From NCBI GenBank assembly GCA_016176285.1, contig JACOXM010000001.1, positions 5,812 through 69,811 of the forward strand: a stretch of 64,000 nucleotides of DNA, in the 5' to 3' direction. A program made the position numbers and the translations under genes. The first letter of the stretch is position 1, and every line of letters begins with the position of its first letter. This document shows positions 50,536 through 58,761 of this stretch, in pieces. A model generated the notes under the pieces. That model was not told the DNA's origin. It saw nothing but the letters and a program-made list of their open reading frames with translations, and did not search any database. The DNA comes from Candidatus Giovannonibacteria bacterium. Its GTDB lineage: Bacteria; Patescibacteriota; Minisyncoccia; JACPKW01; UBA11713.

Positions 50536-51801
50536 ATGTATAGACGAAATCCAAACGATTGGCTTATATCCCCTGAACGGTTTTTTGGCAACGATATTCG
50601 TTTTGGAAATTTGCTTGGCAATAAAAGCTTCATCGAGTCATTGATAGAGTATTCTCGTATAGTAAAAGAGTTTCAATTCTGGAAAAAGGAAAAAATTGAG
50701 GAAATCCAAAATACACGGCTAAACAATCTATTAGAATCTATTAATAAAAAATACGAAGGGGGCAATATTATAACAATTCATTCAAGTGGTACATCGGGAA
50801 TACAAAAAAAGATTCTTATAGACGAGAGGGAGGGGATTATTTCCTGGTTCCCTTGCCGCTTAACCAACCCTGCATTTAATTTTGATGAAAAACTAATAAA
50901 AAATATTTTTAATAGAAAATTTGTGATTTGTCTTGGCGGCAGTACAAGGGTATGGTTAAAAGATTTTATGTATTTACTGCGAACAACTCCAGTTGATCTT
51001 ATTGATAAAATTAACCGCGAACTGATATACGAAAAAATTAACGAGGTTCACCCAGCTTTTGTAATCGGCCCAGGCTCATCCGTTTCTGCTTTGGCAAGAA
51101 AAATGGATGAAGATGGGTTTGATTTATCGCACTTACTTGCATTGGAATTAACTACGGAGCCAATATTATCGGAAGAGAAATCCTTTATAAATAATTTAAA
51201 AATCCCTCTATTGAATACATTTTCTTCTGCGGAAGCCGGACCGATAGGCTTTGAATGCCCTAATAATCCGGAACGGTTTCATTTGTTTGCCCAAAGAATG
51301 ATGCTAGAGGTTATAAATGAAAATGGATTGCCAGCTAGGGATGGAGATGAAGGTGAATTAGTCATAACAGTATTAGACCGAAGGGTGATGCCGATCATTC
51401 GCTACGCGCTGGGTGATAGAGGAAAAATTATTTCTGATAGCTGTCCCTGCGGGAGGTCACTTCCATTATTTGAGTTGAGTAGCCGTCGAGGCGATAAATT
51501 AAAATTATCAAGTGGCAGGGAAGTGCCAAGTTCGCTTCTGTATATGAGTTTAAAAAGGGCGGAAATAGGTAAAGTGGCAAGGGCTTTTCAGATTCGCCAG
51601 AATGCAGTGGATCAAATTGAACTTCTTATTGTTCCGTCCCGAAAAAAAAGGGCGAGGATTACGGAGGAAACTGAGTTGAAATTCCGTCTTGCTCTAACGG
51701 AATTTTTCTACAACGAGCGGATGCTTATAGAAGTGAGAAAAGTGGATGCAATCCCGGTTTCATCTTCGGGTAAAACTTTATTTTTTGTACCACTTCAATG
51801 A
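50536..51801 (+). CDS. PaaK/F390-synthetase-like adenylate-forming enzyme, copy 2
   Basis: HSSGTSGIQKK motif. ELVITVLDRRVMPIIRYALGDRGKIISDSCPCGR parallels copy 1. Confidence 0.65.
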   Translation: MYRRNPNDWLISPERFFGNDIRFGNLLGNKSFIESLIEYSRIVKEFQFWKKEKIEEIQNTRLNNLLESINKKYEGGNIITIHSSGTSGIQKKILIDEREGIISWFPCRLTNPAFNFDEKLIKNIFNRKFVICLGGSTRVWLKDFMYLLRTTPVDLIDKINRELIYEKINEVHPAFVIGPGSSVSALARKMDEDGFDLSHLLALELTTEPILSEEKSFINNLKIPLLNTFSSAEAGPIGFECPNNPERFHLFAQRMMLEVINENGLPARDGDEGELVITVLDRRVMPIIRYALGDRGKIISDSCPCGRSLPLFELSSRRGDKLKLSSGREVPSSLLYMSLKRAEIGKVARAFQIRQNAVDQIELLIVPSRKKRARITEETELKFRLALTEFFYNERMLIEVRKVDAIPVSSSGKTLFFVPLQ

Positions 51802-53058
51802 CGCGAAAAATTCATCGATTATTTTTTTTGTTATGTGCGGCATGAAGATAATTGTATAAAATAGTTTTTTTTCTCCGTCGTGTAAAAGCCAGCAGGGTTT
51901 TAAACCAAATCTTTTTTCGGTTTGGGGATCGAGTTGAGAATTTTTCAATTTGTTAATATGAAATGCCAAAATATTAATCGACGGATGTGTAATAAATATA
52001 AAAGGCGGCAAATATTCGTTTGCCATAGAAGCCTCTATAAAATATTTTTTTAAATTTAGTTCCGATTCAACTATTTTCTTAAAGCCAGACTTTCCTAATA
52101 GCATTATTATACTCCAACAACCCGCGGCTATTGCCGCGGGTCTGGAGCCAGAAAGGGTGTTGTCTTTGCCGAGCCCCAAATACGGAACCGGCCGCTCTAT
52201 AAAATTTTGCAGTCCCTTCCTGCATAAAAAGACACCGGCATTATGTGGAACGAGCCCGGTCTTATGCATATCGAGTGAAATTGACTGCAAAGATGAATAT
52301 CTGAAGTCTAAAATTTTTTCAGAAACAAAAGGATAAACAAGGCCGCCAATCGCTGCATCCATATGAACGTAAGTTTTTATTTTTAGTTTCGATTGGAAAT
52401 CATTTATTACCGCATCGATTTCGTTTAACGGATCTACCGTTCCAGTGCCGCTGTAACCAAGCGTTAACGCGATTAAAAAATTATTATATCCTTCTTGATA
52501 AAGGAGCTTGATTGTTTCTTTTAATTTTTCACCATCCATCCCATACTCGGTATCACAAGGAACGTCAACGACTTTATTTATATTGAGAAGATCTGCGGCT
52601 TTCTCGATTGAGTAATGTGTGAGAGGAGTTTTTAATAAACATAGTTTTCCTCCGTTTTCCTGAAGCATATTTCTACCAATCCAAAGTCCTGTTATATTTC
52701 CTTCCGTTCCCCCCTGAGTTAAATATCCATCTCCTTTTTCCAATCCAAAAAGATTCGAAAGCATTGAAATAACCTCAGCCTCTAGATATTGAAGCCCGCT
52801 AGCATATTCATTACTGGTATGAGTTCCAATATTATTCCTGTTAAACGGCAGAAATTTCGTTATTGCTTCAATTGCTAAGGGATGCGGATCGGTGCTGTAA
52901 ATCCTTAACCCACGCATTGAATACGGCTTCATTTTTTTTGCGAAATTTTCAAGAATATCAAGGATATTTTCTTTCGAGGCGCCCGTTTCTGGAAAATTTT
53001 TGAAAGCCATAATAATCAATAATATATAATATTTTGATACAATAGGATATGCACCCAT
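51778..53058 (-). CDS. Group II pyridoxal-phosphate-dependent decarboxylase (GadB/MfnA-like)
   Basis: 426 aa. PLP-lysine motif SLDMHKTGL. ITGLWIGRN, HMDAAIGG and DPHPLA... blocks typical of the family. Confidence 0.75.
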   Translation of the reverse strand: MGAYPIVSKYYILLIIMAFKNFPETGASKENILDILENFAKKMKPYSMRGLRIYSTDPHPLAIEAITKFLPFNRNNIGTHTSNEYASGLQYLEAEVISMLSNLFGLEKGDGYLTQGGTEGNITGLWIGRNMLQENGGKLCLLKTPLTHYSIEKAADLLNINKVVDVPCDTEYGMDGEKLKETIKLLYQEGYNNFLIALTLGYSGTGTVDPLNEIDAVINDFQSKLKIKTYVHMDAAIGGLVYPFVSEKILDFRYSSLQSISLDMHKTGLVPHNAGVFLCRKGLQNFIERPVPYLGLGKDNTLSGSRPAAIAAGCWSIIMLLGKSGFKKIVESELNLKKYFIEASMANEYLPPFIFITHPSINILAFHINKLKNSQLDPQTEKRFGLKPCWLLHDGEKKLFYTIIFMPHITKKIIDEFFASLKWYKK

Positions 53059-53762
53059 TTTTTGAATTTTTCAATCAAAACCGGCCATATATATCAAAAG
53101 ATTCCTTGGAGTGGCCTTCTTCCTGGAAGATTGTTGACTATAAAACGTATCCGCGCTTGCCGCAAATAGCACTGCCGAAACCAAATTTAAGGGATGCTAG
53201 CTTAGAAAGCGCGATTATAAATCGAAAATCCGAACGAGAATTTTCTGGAGATTCGATAAGTTTATCAGAACTTTCAGCTTTGCTTTTTTTTGGAGCGGGC
53301 ATTGTTAAAAATGGAGAAAATAATTTTTTTCACAGAAGATCCCATCCGTCCGGAGGGGCAAGGTTTCCAATAGAAACTTATTTTGCGGCTTTAAATGTCG
53401 ACGGACTTAAAAATGGTATTTACCACTACAATGTGTTAAATCATGCCGCAGAGTTTTTACTTGATGCGGATAGAGATATTATTGGCAAACTTTCAGTTTA
53501 TGAATTTGTAAAAAAAGCTGCGCTGGTTATTATTTTTACAATGATACCTGAACGTTCTTCGAGAAAATATGGAAATTTTGCTTTGAAGGTTGGCTTAATC
53601 GAAGCCGGGCATATTGCAGAAAATATGTACTTAGTGGCTTCCGCGTTGAAATTGAAAGGAAGCGCAGTGGGGAATATAAGTGACAACGGCGTCGTAGAGA
53701 AATTACTTGATATAGATAATTCAAGCGAAATCGCTTTTTACATGCTTGCCTATGGAAAATAA
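53049..53762 (+). CDS. SagB-type (McbC-like) FMN dehydrogenase
   Basis: INRKSEREFSGDSISLSELSALL and HPSGGARFPIETY match the RRSxRxF...PSAGALYP signature of the SagB/ThcOx family. Confidence 0.8.
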   Translation: MHPFFEFFNQNRPYISKDSLEWPSSWKIVDYKTYPRLPQIALPKPNLRDASLESAIINRKSEREFSGDSISLSELSALLFFGAGIVKNGENNFFHRRSHPSGGARFPIETYFAALNVDGLKNGIYHYNVLNHAAEFLLDADRDIIGKLSVYEFVKKAALVIIFTMIPERSSRKYGNFALKVGLIEAGHIAENMYLVASALKLKGSAVGNISDNGVVEKLLDIDNSSEIAFYMLAYGK

Positions 53763-55284
53763 ACATAAATCTCATGAATCTACTGTTGAATTAGGTCCGG
53801 TTACCAGGGCCAGGCAGTGGATTTCGGGTTTGTTGGATGGCGGTTTGTCAACGACGGAAAAAATTATCGCAAAGATTTCTATACTTTTTTTGGAATTTTT
53901 AGAAGAAATTTTTGGTCAAAGTTTTTATGTTAAATCCAAATTTGAAAATGATTTTTTTACTTTACCAAATTCAAAAATAGCGAATTTAGCTGCGAGCCTA
54001 AAAAAAGATGGATTTATTAAATCTTTGAATATTCGCCGTACTTTTCCGGATGAACCTCGCGCGATTTTAGCGTGGGCTGATTTTGGAGAATTAATTTTAA
54101 AATCAGATACTAGTGCTTCAAGGTATGCTGAAGTTAACTTTTTAGGAGGGGTGGATTTTAAAAATACGGATAAAGCTGCGTTGCGCTGTTTAGGGGAAGC
54201 TGTGGAGCGCACATGCCTCGGCTTTTATAAAAAGAAAGATTTGGTTTTTGGAACATTTAAAGAGCTTAAAAACAAAGCCATTGATCCGAAGGAATTTGTC
54301 GCTTTTTCAAAGGAACAGCTTGCTTCGGAAAAATTCAGGCATTGCAGGTTCGATGATCAAACTCGCTTTGGCTGGGTTTGGGGTAGATCGTTGATTTCCG
54401 GCAAAGAAATTCTTGTTCCGGCGCAGCTTGCTTATGTTCCTTATAAATATGAAAAAGGAGAGCCGGTAATCCGCAATACTATTAGTACTGGGGCGGCGGC
54501 ATACACTGATTATTATGAAACTATTTACCGGGCAACTTGCGAGGTTATTGAAAGGGACGCTTTCATTATTCACTACTTAAATAAACTCGCCCCGCCTGTT
54601 TTGGATTTAGAAAACTTTCACGATAAAGAACTACAGGAAATAAACGCTAAATTCAAAAGATACAATTTGGAATTATATGTGCTTGACGTGACAACGGATA
54701 TCCCTGCGCCAACTTACGTTAGTTTGATTATAGATAGAACCGGCGTCGGGCCAGCGGTTACAGTATCAAATAAAACCGATCTAAATATTAAGAAAGCAAT
54801 CAAGGGCTCAATAGAGGGATGCCTACGTATATATTCGGGGTATAGGTGGAAAATGGAAAAATTACTTGACGTTAATAAAATTCCTGAAAAATGGGAACAA
54901 ATTGAAAGTTTGTCGGACAGATGTTTTTTTTGGGGGCAGGCGAAGATGCTCCCGGAGATAGAATTTTTCATCAAGGGGCCGAAGAAAATGATAAATGCTG
55001 AATTGTTAGATCTTGGTAGCAGGGAAAGACTTGATTTAGTCCTTGAATATTTTAAGAAAAATAACATGGAAGTTATTGCCGTTGATCTAACCATCCCTGA
55101 GGCGAGAAAAAATGGATTTTATGTTTCTAAGGTTTTAATTCCGAAGCTTCAGCCGCTGCATTTGTCGGAAAGGCACCGTTACTTTGGGGGTGAGCGGTTA
55201 TATCAGCTTCCCATAAAATTGAATTATTTAAAGCAACCATTGCGAGAGGAAGAATTAAATCAAATACCACAACCTTTTGCATAA
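53746..55284 (+). CDS. YcaO-domain cyclodehydratase
   Basis: LGEAVERTC and ISTGAAAYTDYYETIYRATCEVIERDAF are canonical YcaO motifs. 512 aa. Confidence 0.85.
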   Translation: MPMENKHKSHESTVELGPVTRARQWISGLLDGGLSTTEKIIAKISILFLEFLEEIFGQSFYVKSKFENDFFTLPNSKIANLAASLKKDGFIKSLNIRRTFPDEPRAILAWADFGELILKSDTSASRYAEVNFLGGVDFKNTDKAALRCLGEAVERTCLGFYKKKDLVFGTFKELKNKAIDPKEFVAFSKEQLASEKFRHCRFDDQTRFGWVWGRSLISGKEILVPAQLAYVPYKYEKGEPVIRNTISTGAAAYTDYYETIYRATCEVIERDAFIIHYLNKLAPPVLDLENFHDKELQEINAKFKRYNLELYVLDVTTDIPAPTYVSLIIDRTGVGPAVTVSNKTDLNIKKAIKGSIEGCLRIYSGYRWKMEKLLDVNKIPEKWEQIESLSDRCFFWGQAKMLPEIEFFIKGPKKMINAELLDLGSRERLDLVLEYFKKNNMEVIAVDLTIPEARKNGFYVSKVLIPKLQPLHLSERHRYFGGERLYQLPIKLNYLKQPLREEELNQIPQPFA

Positions 55285-55312
55285 GAAGAGATCATTGTAT
55301 AATTAATTATAT

Positions 55313-55642
55313 ATGGCAAGGGCGACGAAGGTTATTACATTATCTAAAAAAATATCTTTGGTTTTGCTTCTCCTGCCGCTTATGTTTTTTGTCGTTATTG
55401 CAAAAGCCTTTTTAAAATTTGGCGGAATGAAATCTTTAAGCTCTTTAAATAATGATCATATTATAAATAAGGCTAATGCTGATGTCGGCGGCGATTGTGC
55501 TAGTAGCTGTGACTCCGGCAATGAAAACAGTGCCAGCGGTTGTGATTCCAGTGGTACCGGTAGTGGCGATTGCGGCACTGGCGGCTGTGGTGGAGATAGT
55601 GGAGATACCGGAGGAGACAGTGGCGGGGATAGTGGAAAGTGA
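55313..55642 (+). CDS. Candidate TOMM/RiPP precursor peptide with Gly/Ser/Cys/Asp-rich core (alternative start ATG 55427 gives a 71 aa peptide)
   Basis: C-terminus DCASSCDSGNENSASGCDSSGTGSGDCGTGGCGGDSGDTGGDSGGDSGK preceded by a leader ending VGG. Lies immediately downstream of ycaO. Confidence 0.5.
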   Translation: MARATKVITLSKKISLVLLLLPLMFFVVIAKAFLKFGGMKSLSSLNNDHIINKANADVGGDCASSCDSGNENSASGCDSSGTGSGDCGTGGCGGDSGDTGGDSGGDSGK

Positions 55643-55649
55643 TAAATTT

Positions 55650-56771
55650 ATGAAAAAACAATATATTTATCTGGCGATTGGCTTAGCGGTTTTTGTTCTC
55701 GTAGTCATTTATTTTTTTATTCCCAGGGAAAATGCTGTAGATGTTTTTAATAAGGAGTATAAGGAAGCGTTAAAATCCTTGTATGCCGAAAAAAATAATG
55801 AAGTTTTTTCAAAAATAGAAAAATTAATTGGCAGCGCCCCAACACCAGAGGCCGAAGCGAAAGCAAAAATTTTAACAGCTTTTGCTTCGAACGACAATAG
55901 CAAATCCATATCTTTATTTAAGGAAGTCGCAGGGGATTCTACATACCCATCTTTTCTCCGAGCCGATGCGGCGGCTGCTATGGCTGATTTTTTTATGTTA
56001 GGGTCGCATGGATCTAGCACGCTTGCCTCACAAATTTTTTCAAGTGAACCATACGTTTCCTTTGCAATTACCAAGTCAGGCAGAAAAAATTATTCTTTGG
56101 GCGCTCGAAAATTATATGAATATGCATCTTCCATTTATGTGATTCCGTGGGCAGAATATCGCATTGCCGAATGGTACCTAAAGAATGCCATCCTTTCGAA
56201 GTTGTATAAAATTAAGACCGTGGATACGGATGAAAATTATACGACAAAAGCTGAAGCACATATTCTAAAGGGGGATTTGGCTCTGGAAAAGTATAATAGG
56301 GAAGGAGGAATAAAATTATATTCTGGATACGCGAACTGGATTAAGGGTTTTGACCAAGCAATGCTTTGGGAACTGAAGGGGCAAGAAGTCAATAGAAATG
56401 AGGCCGAAACTATGTTTAAAGCTGCGCTTAATGATTTGGATGACGGGAAGTTTGGAAAATTTGCGATTGGTCAAAAAATTTGGGCAAATTTTCAGTATTC
56501 TTCGTTTGTAGCCAGGACATATGGAGTGAACAGAAAGGACGATATATTAAAACTTAATTCTTATGTCACGACGGACAGTCACAGATATGTTGATGAGGAA
56601 AAAAAACTGCTTTACGGTTTACATAAATATATGTTTCGTCTTGGATCAATTGCAGTTACTAACATTCAGGAAAGGTACGATTATGAAAGTGCAAAGGTAA
56701 TTGCGAGAGTTGATCCCAACTTCAGAGATTATCTGAGGCAGCTCGGCTGGAAAGATGAAGTTTTTAAGTAA
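55650..56771 (+). CDS. Hypothetical membrane-anchored protein (373 aa from ATG 55650)
   Basis: MKKQYIYLAIGLAVFVLVVIYFFIP TM anchor. The ORF-track start at 55476 overlaps the precursor in another frame and is unlikely. Confidence 0.4.
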   Translation: MKKQYIYLAIGLAVFVLVVIYFFIPRENAVDVFNKEYKEALKSLYAEKNNEVFSKIEKLIGSAPTPEAEAKAKILTAFASNDNSKSISLFKEVAGDSTYPSFLRADAAAAMADFFMLGSHGSSTLASQIFSSEPYVSFAITKSGRKNYSLGARKLYEYASSIYVIPWAEYRIAEWYLKNAILSKLYKIKTVDTDENYTTKAEAHILKGDLALEKYNREGGIKLYSGYANWIKGFDQAMLWELKGQEVNRNEAETMFKAALNDLDDGKFGKFAIGQKIWANFQYSSFVARTYGVNRKDDILKLNSYVTTDSHRYVDEEKKLLYGLHKYMFRLGSIAVTNIQERYDYESAKVIARVDPNFRDYLRQLGWKDEVFK

Positions 56772-56923
56772 TCCGTGAAAGGACGCGACATTTTTATTGC
56801 AATTGTCGCTTTTTTATTATTTTCGTTCTTTTTTTTGAAAACGATTTAGCCAAGCTGGCTTGGGGAAAATATCACAATCCTAAAATTGCTCTAATTCTTG
56901 ATAGATCGGATGTAAAGCTTGCG

Positions 56924-57565
56924 ATGCAAATCGGCAATTTTTATTTTAACGGCGGCGCTTACGATTTAGATATAGCCGAGAAAGGATTCAAAAAAGCTCT
57001 TGAAATAGATTCTAAAATATTGTGGGGGCATTATCAGATGGCTCGTGTTTACTTTGTAAAAGGGGAGAGAGCTAGGGCGCTTGATGAAATAAATAAGGAA
57101 TTTGAAGCAGTGCCGCAGAATTTTCGCGCTTATTATGTGCGTGCTTTGATACATGCTTATGACAAAAATTTTAGCGAATCGGAAATGGATTTTCGCAGTT
57201 TTTTAGTTTGGGCTCCGAAGGAATGGGCGGGATATAATGATCTTGCGTGGGTTTTAGCCGAACAGAAGAAATATAAAAAAGCGAAAGAGGTGTTAGAAAC
57301 TGCATTTCGTGAAGTTCAACAAGCTAATCAAAATCCTTGGCTCTGGAATTCTCTGGGCGTTACCCAATTAAATTTAAAGGAGTATGGGAGTGCGGTAACT
57401 TCTTTTAATAGAGCTCAGAAGTATGCCTCAAAGCTAACTTTAATGGAGTGGGCAAGAGCTTATCCCGGAAATAATCCAAATGAGCTTGAATCCGGACTTG
57501 CGGTCTTCCGCGCCGCCATCAATGAAAATTTAGAGCGAGCTGTTGATAATTCATCTGGGATTTGA
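56924..57565 (+). CDS. TPR-repeat protein (N-terminus probably extends upstream; see frameshift note)
   Basis: Repeated A..A...Y..A TPR helices. The in-frame region upstream to 56768 plus a GTG-initiated TM ORF at 56775 suggest a longer gene. Confidence 0.6.
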   Translation: MQIGNFYFNGGAYDLDIAEKGFKKALEIDSKILWGHYQMARVYFVKGERARALDEINKEFEAVPQNFRAYYVRALIHAYDKNFSESEMDFRSFLVWAPKEWAGYNDLAWVLAEQKKYKKAKEVLETAFREVQQANQNPWLWNSLGVTQLNLKEYGSAVTSFNRAQKYASKLTLMEWARAYPGNNPNELESGLAVFRAAINENLERAVDNSSGI

Positions 57566-57596
57566 CAGTTAAAAGAGCTATTCTGGAGGTATCTTT

Positions 57597-58748
57597 ATGA
57601 GTGAAAAAAAGAAATATTTTCTCTCTAGTTGTATTTTAACGGCATCATTGATTGTTTCTTTTTCTATGGTGCAGCAAGGCAGTTCTGTGAGTAATGCTTT
57701 CTGGGGGGAATCAAAGTGGATTGAGAGCGTTGGCGGCGGGTTGATTGCTCCCGCATGTGGATCTTCAACTATCGGCATTACTTGCGTTGCAAACACACCC
57801 AGCATAGATTTTACATGGATTGCGGATGATATGGATTTTTCCGCAGGGGATAGCGTCGTTATATCTATCAACGGTGTAGGTGTTATTGCGAGCGGACTTC
57901 CAGCTTCTGGCGTTTTTACTTGGGGAGGAGCTTCTTCTAATTCTACATACACTTATGAAATTCGATATAAGTCAGTTGAGTTTGGAGACAATCATCTCTT
58001 AAAATCTGAATCATTCTCAACGCCAAATTGCAATCCCGATCCCATAGGATGGCATGATGCTTCGAGCTGTGCTGATACGCATGGCTGGACGTGCGATCCC
58101 AGTAATTACAGCCAGCCCATTGACGTGCATTTCTATGCTGATGGCCCCGCGGGGTCAGGAACATTCTTGGGATCTGTAACGACTGGCCAATCGCGTCCCG
58201 ATGTTCCCGCGGCCGGATTTTGCGATGGAAACGCAAATGTCGGTTATTCATTTGCGACCCCTAATTCATTAAAGGACGGTCTTAACCATACGATTTATAC
58301 TTACGCAATTAACACTCCTGCCGGAAATAATCCTCTTTTACAAGGAAGTCCGAGGACGATTAATTGCCCGGCGCCCCCAGTGACCCCGGATTATATTCTC
58401 AACGCTGATCCGAATGGAATTTTTGCAAATATAAGCAGTTCGGGGCCTTCAATTTCAAGTAAAACAAAAATAACAGTCGGACCCATAAATGGTTTTGATA
58501 AAAAAGTTGATCTTTCTAGCAATGTTGCTTCGGTTATTTCCGGAGCGGGTGGGGTTTTTACTCCAAAGGATCGGTTGAATAAAAATGAATATTCCGATGG
58601 AACATTTTTCTACGTTTCAGTTCCTCCTGGAACTGCAGCGGGGAGCTATAATATTACAATTCAGGGGGACGACGGAATATTATCCCCGAGGTCAGTTTCA
58701 GTCATTTTAAATGTGGAGCTATTGGATTCGACTTTCAAGGAAGAATAG
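57597..58748 (+). CDS. Large secreted hypothetical protein with C-terminal ...FKEE domain
   Basis: GGAGGT Shine-Dalgarno. Signal-anchor. C-terminal ~100 aa domain paralogous to the end of the 60110-62407 protein. Confidence 0.45.
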   Translation: MSEKKKYFLSSCILTASLIVSFSMVQQGSSVSNAFWGESKWIESVGGGLIAPACGSSTIGITCVANTPSIDFTWIADDMDFSAGDSVVISINGVGVIASGLPASGVFTWGGASSNSTYTYEIRYKSVEFGDNHLLKSESFSTPNCNPDPIGWHDASSCADTHGWTCDPSNYSQPIDVHFYADGPAGSGTFLGSVTTGQSRPDVPAAGFCDGNANVGYSFATPNSLKDGLNHTIYTYAINTPAGNNPLLQGSPRTINCPAPPVTPDYILNADPNGIFANISSSGPSISSKTKITVGPINGFDKKVDLSSNVASVISGAGGVFTPKDRLNKNEYSDGTFFYVSVPPGTAAGSYNITIQGDDGILSPRSVSVILNVELLDSTFKEE

Positions 58749-58761
58749 TTATAATCAAGAT

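Noticed and set aside
55560-55640. Short tandem DNA repeat (ggagatagtgga / ggagacagtggc / ggggatagtgga) that could be taken for a CRISPR-like or microsatellite array
   Set aside because: Units are 12-15 nt and imperfect, with no spacers. They encode the GDSG repeats of the precursor core. No CRISPR array was found anywhere in the window.
55476-55649. 5' extension of the 55476-56771 ORF (MLMSAAIVLVAVTPAMK...) overlapping the precursor-peptide gene in another frame
   Set aside because: The Ala/Val/Pro-rich translation is simply the alternative-frame reading of the GC-rich Gly/Ser/Cys/Asp codons of the precursor core. A good ATG with a TM-anchor N-terminus exists at 55650 right after the precursor stop.
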